A stretch of DNA of 64,000 bases from Fistulifera solaris (Eukaryota): NCBI GenBank assembly GCA_030295235.1, contig AP026132.1, positions 558,001-622,000 of the forward strand, read 5' to 3'. Below are positions 60,467 to 64,000 of the stretch, piece after piece. Every line of letters starts with the position of its first letter. The stretch's first letter is position 1. A program made the position numbers and the translations under genes. The notes under the pieces were generated by a model. That model ran no database searches and had not been told where the DNA came from. It was given only the letters and a program-made list of their open reading frames with translations.

Positions 60467-60810
60467 AGCGCATTACGTATAGACGAATGACCTTTTTATT
60501 CGATCTGCGGCGATTCGTACAGTACCTTAGCCTAGTAGCCGTAACTCTACCGTAGCACGAAAGCCGTCGTTGCGCGGTCATTTTCATTTTGTCATTGATA
60601 TCAAAATGATAAAAGGAGGTGTAAGCCTCTTATCAAATTTTCGCAAGTCCCACGTTGATTCCTAAGTCTCCAATCGGAAAAGGATAGAGTCGCCGTTGAC
60701 AGGAAGGGACGACAAGGCGCGAAGGAAGCGAGGAGAAAAGGCGTGCGGTATTTGCTGTTTCCTTGTCGTTACACAGACTACGAAAGACTTTCCGAGAATT
60801 ACAAAACATC

Positions 60811-62598
60811 ATGCGGCGCTCCCAATTCGCAAAAAGGAACAACATTTTCTTATCGGTGTTTCTCTTCATCACTTTTTATTCCTCTGCCACGGTCGCTCGA
60901 TTCGGCGGAATGTCTCAACAAATAAAGGCCGAGAAGATATCAACGCCAGAAAGTGGATATTTGTATCTCGGCACGACCGATTCTTATCCTATCAGCGATT
61001 ACGATGGTAATCATGGGGCTAGTGGACGTCCTGACTTTCTCTATGGGTCCGACACGGGGCCTCGTGTCGTGGAGTTTTATGCGCCATGGTGTCCTCACGT
61101 ACGTAGATCGAAAGTAGCGAAGAGTCCAGAATTAAGGTCATTGCGCCTCACAAATCTTTCTTTTGCAAATTGAAGTGCAAGAAAATGCGACCGCATTATA
61201 TCGCATACGCGCAACGAGTGACCAAGCTGGTGAACGAAACCGCACCAGGGCAGGAAATCAAATTTTACGCGATTTCCTGTGTGGTGCATTCCATGATTTG
61301 TAAGGACTACAAAATTACGGGCTATCCTCGAATATTCGCCTTTCTTCCAGGTCAACACACGCCCGCGATGGATGTGTTTCCGAAAATGCCGCATCCCTTT
61401 GAACTGATGGATAAGCTAGGATTGTATGTGGACGAGGATACAAAATTGAGGAACAATTACGTGCCGGAGTCCGAAAGCTTAGCGGATAGAGTAGTATCAC
61501 TGATGATTCGAGGCGAAATGAGTCATCCCAGATCCAAACGAGATACTTTTCATGATGCTGTTCTATCATTCAATTTCAGTATGCGGAATTTGTTCACGAC
61601 CCACGGGCCGCTCTCCGATGATGCCTCCAAAACATTACATCAATGGCTGTCCTTTCTTCGAAAGGCTATCCCCCGACAGCTGGTGGAAATTCATCGTGTC
61701 ATTGACAGCGTTTTGAACGACTTTGATTCTGCTATAAAGAGCGAGGAAAACATGGTTGCTATCCTGGACCGATTCCCTAAGCCAGTACGAAGTGACTGGT
61801 CGGATTCCCTGCACTAAAGGCCAGTCAGGAATGGGATACACGTGTGGCCTGTGGGATTTGTTTCATATCGCGAGTATTGGTATTGTAGAGTGGAATACAA
61901 ATGCGCGAGAAGACCGTTCGAAAGCTGTTAGCGCGGTAGATGCCGGTAACGTGTTGCGAGATTTCATTGCTCACTTTTTCGGCTGCGACGAGTGCCGCAC
62001 CAATTTTTGAAAGCATACGACTCCTGTGAACTGGATCGTTGCAATCGACTCAGGCCCACTATGATAACTACAGCTTGGAATGAGTTTCCTTTTTGGCTTT
62101 TTGAAATGCACAATGCTGTGAACTTACGTCTAATGCGAGAACAAGCAAATGAAGAAACGCGAACTCTGACCGAAGAAGACGAAAGGAGATCACAATGGCC
62201 TACTCGGCTGGAATGTCCAGGATGTTTCAATAACACGAATGGATCTTTTATCAAAGAAGCAGTTCTTCAACATCTCCGCATCGAGTATTGGTAAGTTCTT
62301 TGCCCGAAAATTATTCAACTAAACTATGAAATTCCATGGCAAATCTAATTCTTTACTGTGAAGGCCCGATGATCAAATTACTCAAGAATATCGAAAACGA
62401 TTGGGCGAAACGCTAGACGGCAGACAACCACATACTATGCTCTTTGCAATCACGCTTCTCTGTGGACTAGTGACGCTCGTCTTACTTCTGGGATATCTCG
62501 TGCGGAAGTCCCTTCTACGTAGAAGGCGGAATCTCAACATTAAAGGTAAGCATTCGAAAGATTGTTGTAATGCATCTTTCTTCTTCCGTCCTTTCTGA
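60811..62598 (+). CDS. QSOX: Quiescin-type sulfhydryl oxidase (thioredoxin + Erv/ALR domains)
   Basis: VVEFYAPWCPH/C across intron 61099-61175; GYTCGLWDLFH, FFGCDECRTNF, WLFEMHNAVNLRL, QWP..CPGC; intron 62291-62363; C-terminal TM. Confidence 0.88.
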
Positions 62599-63212
62599 TT
62601 TCATGCATCGTTCAACGAAGCAAATTGAACTGATATAATGCGAGTTTGCTGTAGTCCATACCTTGATATTTCATTCGTAATTGCCCTAACTAGGAAGTAG
62701 CTGTAGATAGAATGACACACTTGATTCAAATGAAAAAATCCTGCCATTACTGGACTATGATTCACCCATTAAAGGGTTGTTTTCTGTTTGGTTTTCTCAA
62801 TCTATTGACCGGTGCACCCAGGTTCTGCGGATTATTTTTTTAAAAGGCTACCGTGTAGGTAAGATATTGGAGGATGAACGATAACGAGAACGCGTTCATC
62901 ATTCAATCCAGCAACATCATTAATATCATCAACAGTTTCTTATCATTTATCATCATCAACGGGTATGCGACGGCTTGAGGGAGTTCTGTGTCAACTCATA
63001 GTTTCGGACAACAACTTCCGGGACTGCCTTGTAACTGAGGAGGAGTCGTCGCACGCGCACGCACGTCGACAAAGAAAGCGTTTGACCGTCGACCGCTCTG
63101 TATTTTTAGCAGCCGATCATAAACGCCAGCAATAGCAATAAACAAAGCTATTATTACCAGATAAACGGAGAACTAAAACATTACTTGACAAGTAATCCCA
63201 CCAAATATTTGA

Positions 63213-64000
63213 ATGATTACATCGCTCGGTAAAAAGGCGGGCTCGCGCCTGGTTGTTCAAGGAGCGGCCAGTCGGTTTTGCCTACGAGAGCCCCTCTCAG
63301 CTGTCTGCTTTCTTAGCAGCAAAAGTGGTGGGGATGATTCTAGCCGAAAGAGCTTCCGACCTAGTCGTCGTCCTAGTCGCAACTACCGCCCTGTCTCTCC
63401 CTTGGTCACAAAAACGAAAAAGCAGATTGAGCTCGATAGAAAGGCAAACGCAAATAACCCTCTATACGAAGCGATCAACCCCGCCGCAGTCGATCTTGAC
63501 AGAGTCAGCGAGTATGACGACGAGCTGGAGTCAACATTTGGACCCTTACAAGCCGGTGTACTTCGTAGTATCCGTCAAGAAGTCGAGCGAAAGAAATCGG
63601 GCGAGTTGAAAGACGAAGTCGAAGAAGATTTGCGGATGGCGGACTACTTGACATCAGAGTTGGGATCGACGGAAGATTTAGTCTTTGCGCGGAGACTGCT
63701 GGCTGCGGGTATTCCCAACGAAAATGAGCGTAAGAAGTATGTCGCTGAACTTGCGGCGTTGATTGAGAAGAAACAGGAAGAAGACGTGTTGGGAGAGTAT
63801 CTTCATGACACGAAGCAAAGAGATGCGGAGAAGCAGACTCCCATGTTCCAGTCTCATCAGGATGACGACGAAGAAGGTGATTTTGATCCTGAAGTGTTCC
63901 TGGATCCGAATCAACTTGCTCACGGTGAGTGGAGTGAAATGCTGGTCACGGTCGACAGAACGACGAAACTTTGGCGAGGTGGAAGATTGGAGAGTTACCG
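63213..64000 (+). CDS. MRPS5: Mitochondrial ribosomal protein uS5m (partial, runs off window end)
   Basis: Frame open from ATG 63213 with an Arg/Ser-rich presequence; ends WSEMLVTVDRTTKLWRGGRLESY, matching the uS5 N-terminal domain pattern (V..VxRxxKxxxGGR). Confidence 0.75.
   Translation, partial: MITSLGKKAGSRLVVQGAASRFCLREPLSAVCFLSSKSGGDDSSRKSFRPSRRPSRNYRPVSPLVTKTKKQIELDRKANANNPLYEAINPAAVDLDRVSEYDDELESTFGPLQAGVLRSIRQEVERKKSGELKDEVEEDLRMADYLTSELGSTEDLVFARRLLAAGIPNENERKKYVAELAALIEKKQEEDVLGEYLHDTKQRDAEKQTPMFQSHQDDDEEGDFDPEVFLDPNQLAHGEWSEMLVTVDRTTKLWRGGRLESY

Noticed and set aside
62890..62960. ATCATC/ATCAAC repeats
   Set aside because: Ordinary degenerate microsatellite.

Overview
Eukaryotic nuclear DNA, almost certainly a pennate diatom (inferred from the 18S/28S sequence, ASAFAP-type plastid targeting signals, short GT-AG introns and a CoDi-type copia element). 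The window is gene-dense, with about 24 protein genes: Sec6, DGDG synthase, RNF10/Mag2, UTP4, three tandem paralogues of unknown function, organellar GyrA, an NSF-like AAA ATPase, RBM34/Nop12, an HMG-box protein, BMT5-like+ZnF, RCE1, an MFS transporter, CIA1, two glycosyltransferase-like fusions, QSOX, mito uS5 and others. It also holds ONE non-tandem 18S-5.8S-28S rDNA unit (10556-16356), a 358-bp hAT-type MITE with an 8-bp TSD, and a full-length Ty1/copia element with apparently identical 315-bp LTRs. Many genes carry 1-bp frameshifts typical of an unpolished long-read assembly. Most notable unannotated signals: (1) a candidate H/ACA snoRNA in a UTP4 intron whose guide pocket matches the 18S rRNA 10 kb away; (2) four co-oriented ATCCGGGTT (Reb1-like) sites downstream of 28S; (3) several ribosome-biogenesis genes around the solitary rDNA; (4) an in-frame UGA-C gag/pol junction and an anticodon-loop type PBS in the copia; (5) a UUCG hairpin/CTAG element split by the copia, with a second copy elsewhere in the window. 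All calls are by eye, without database searches.
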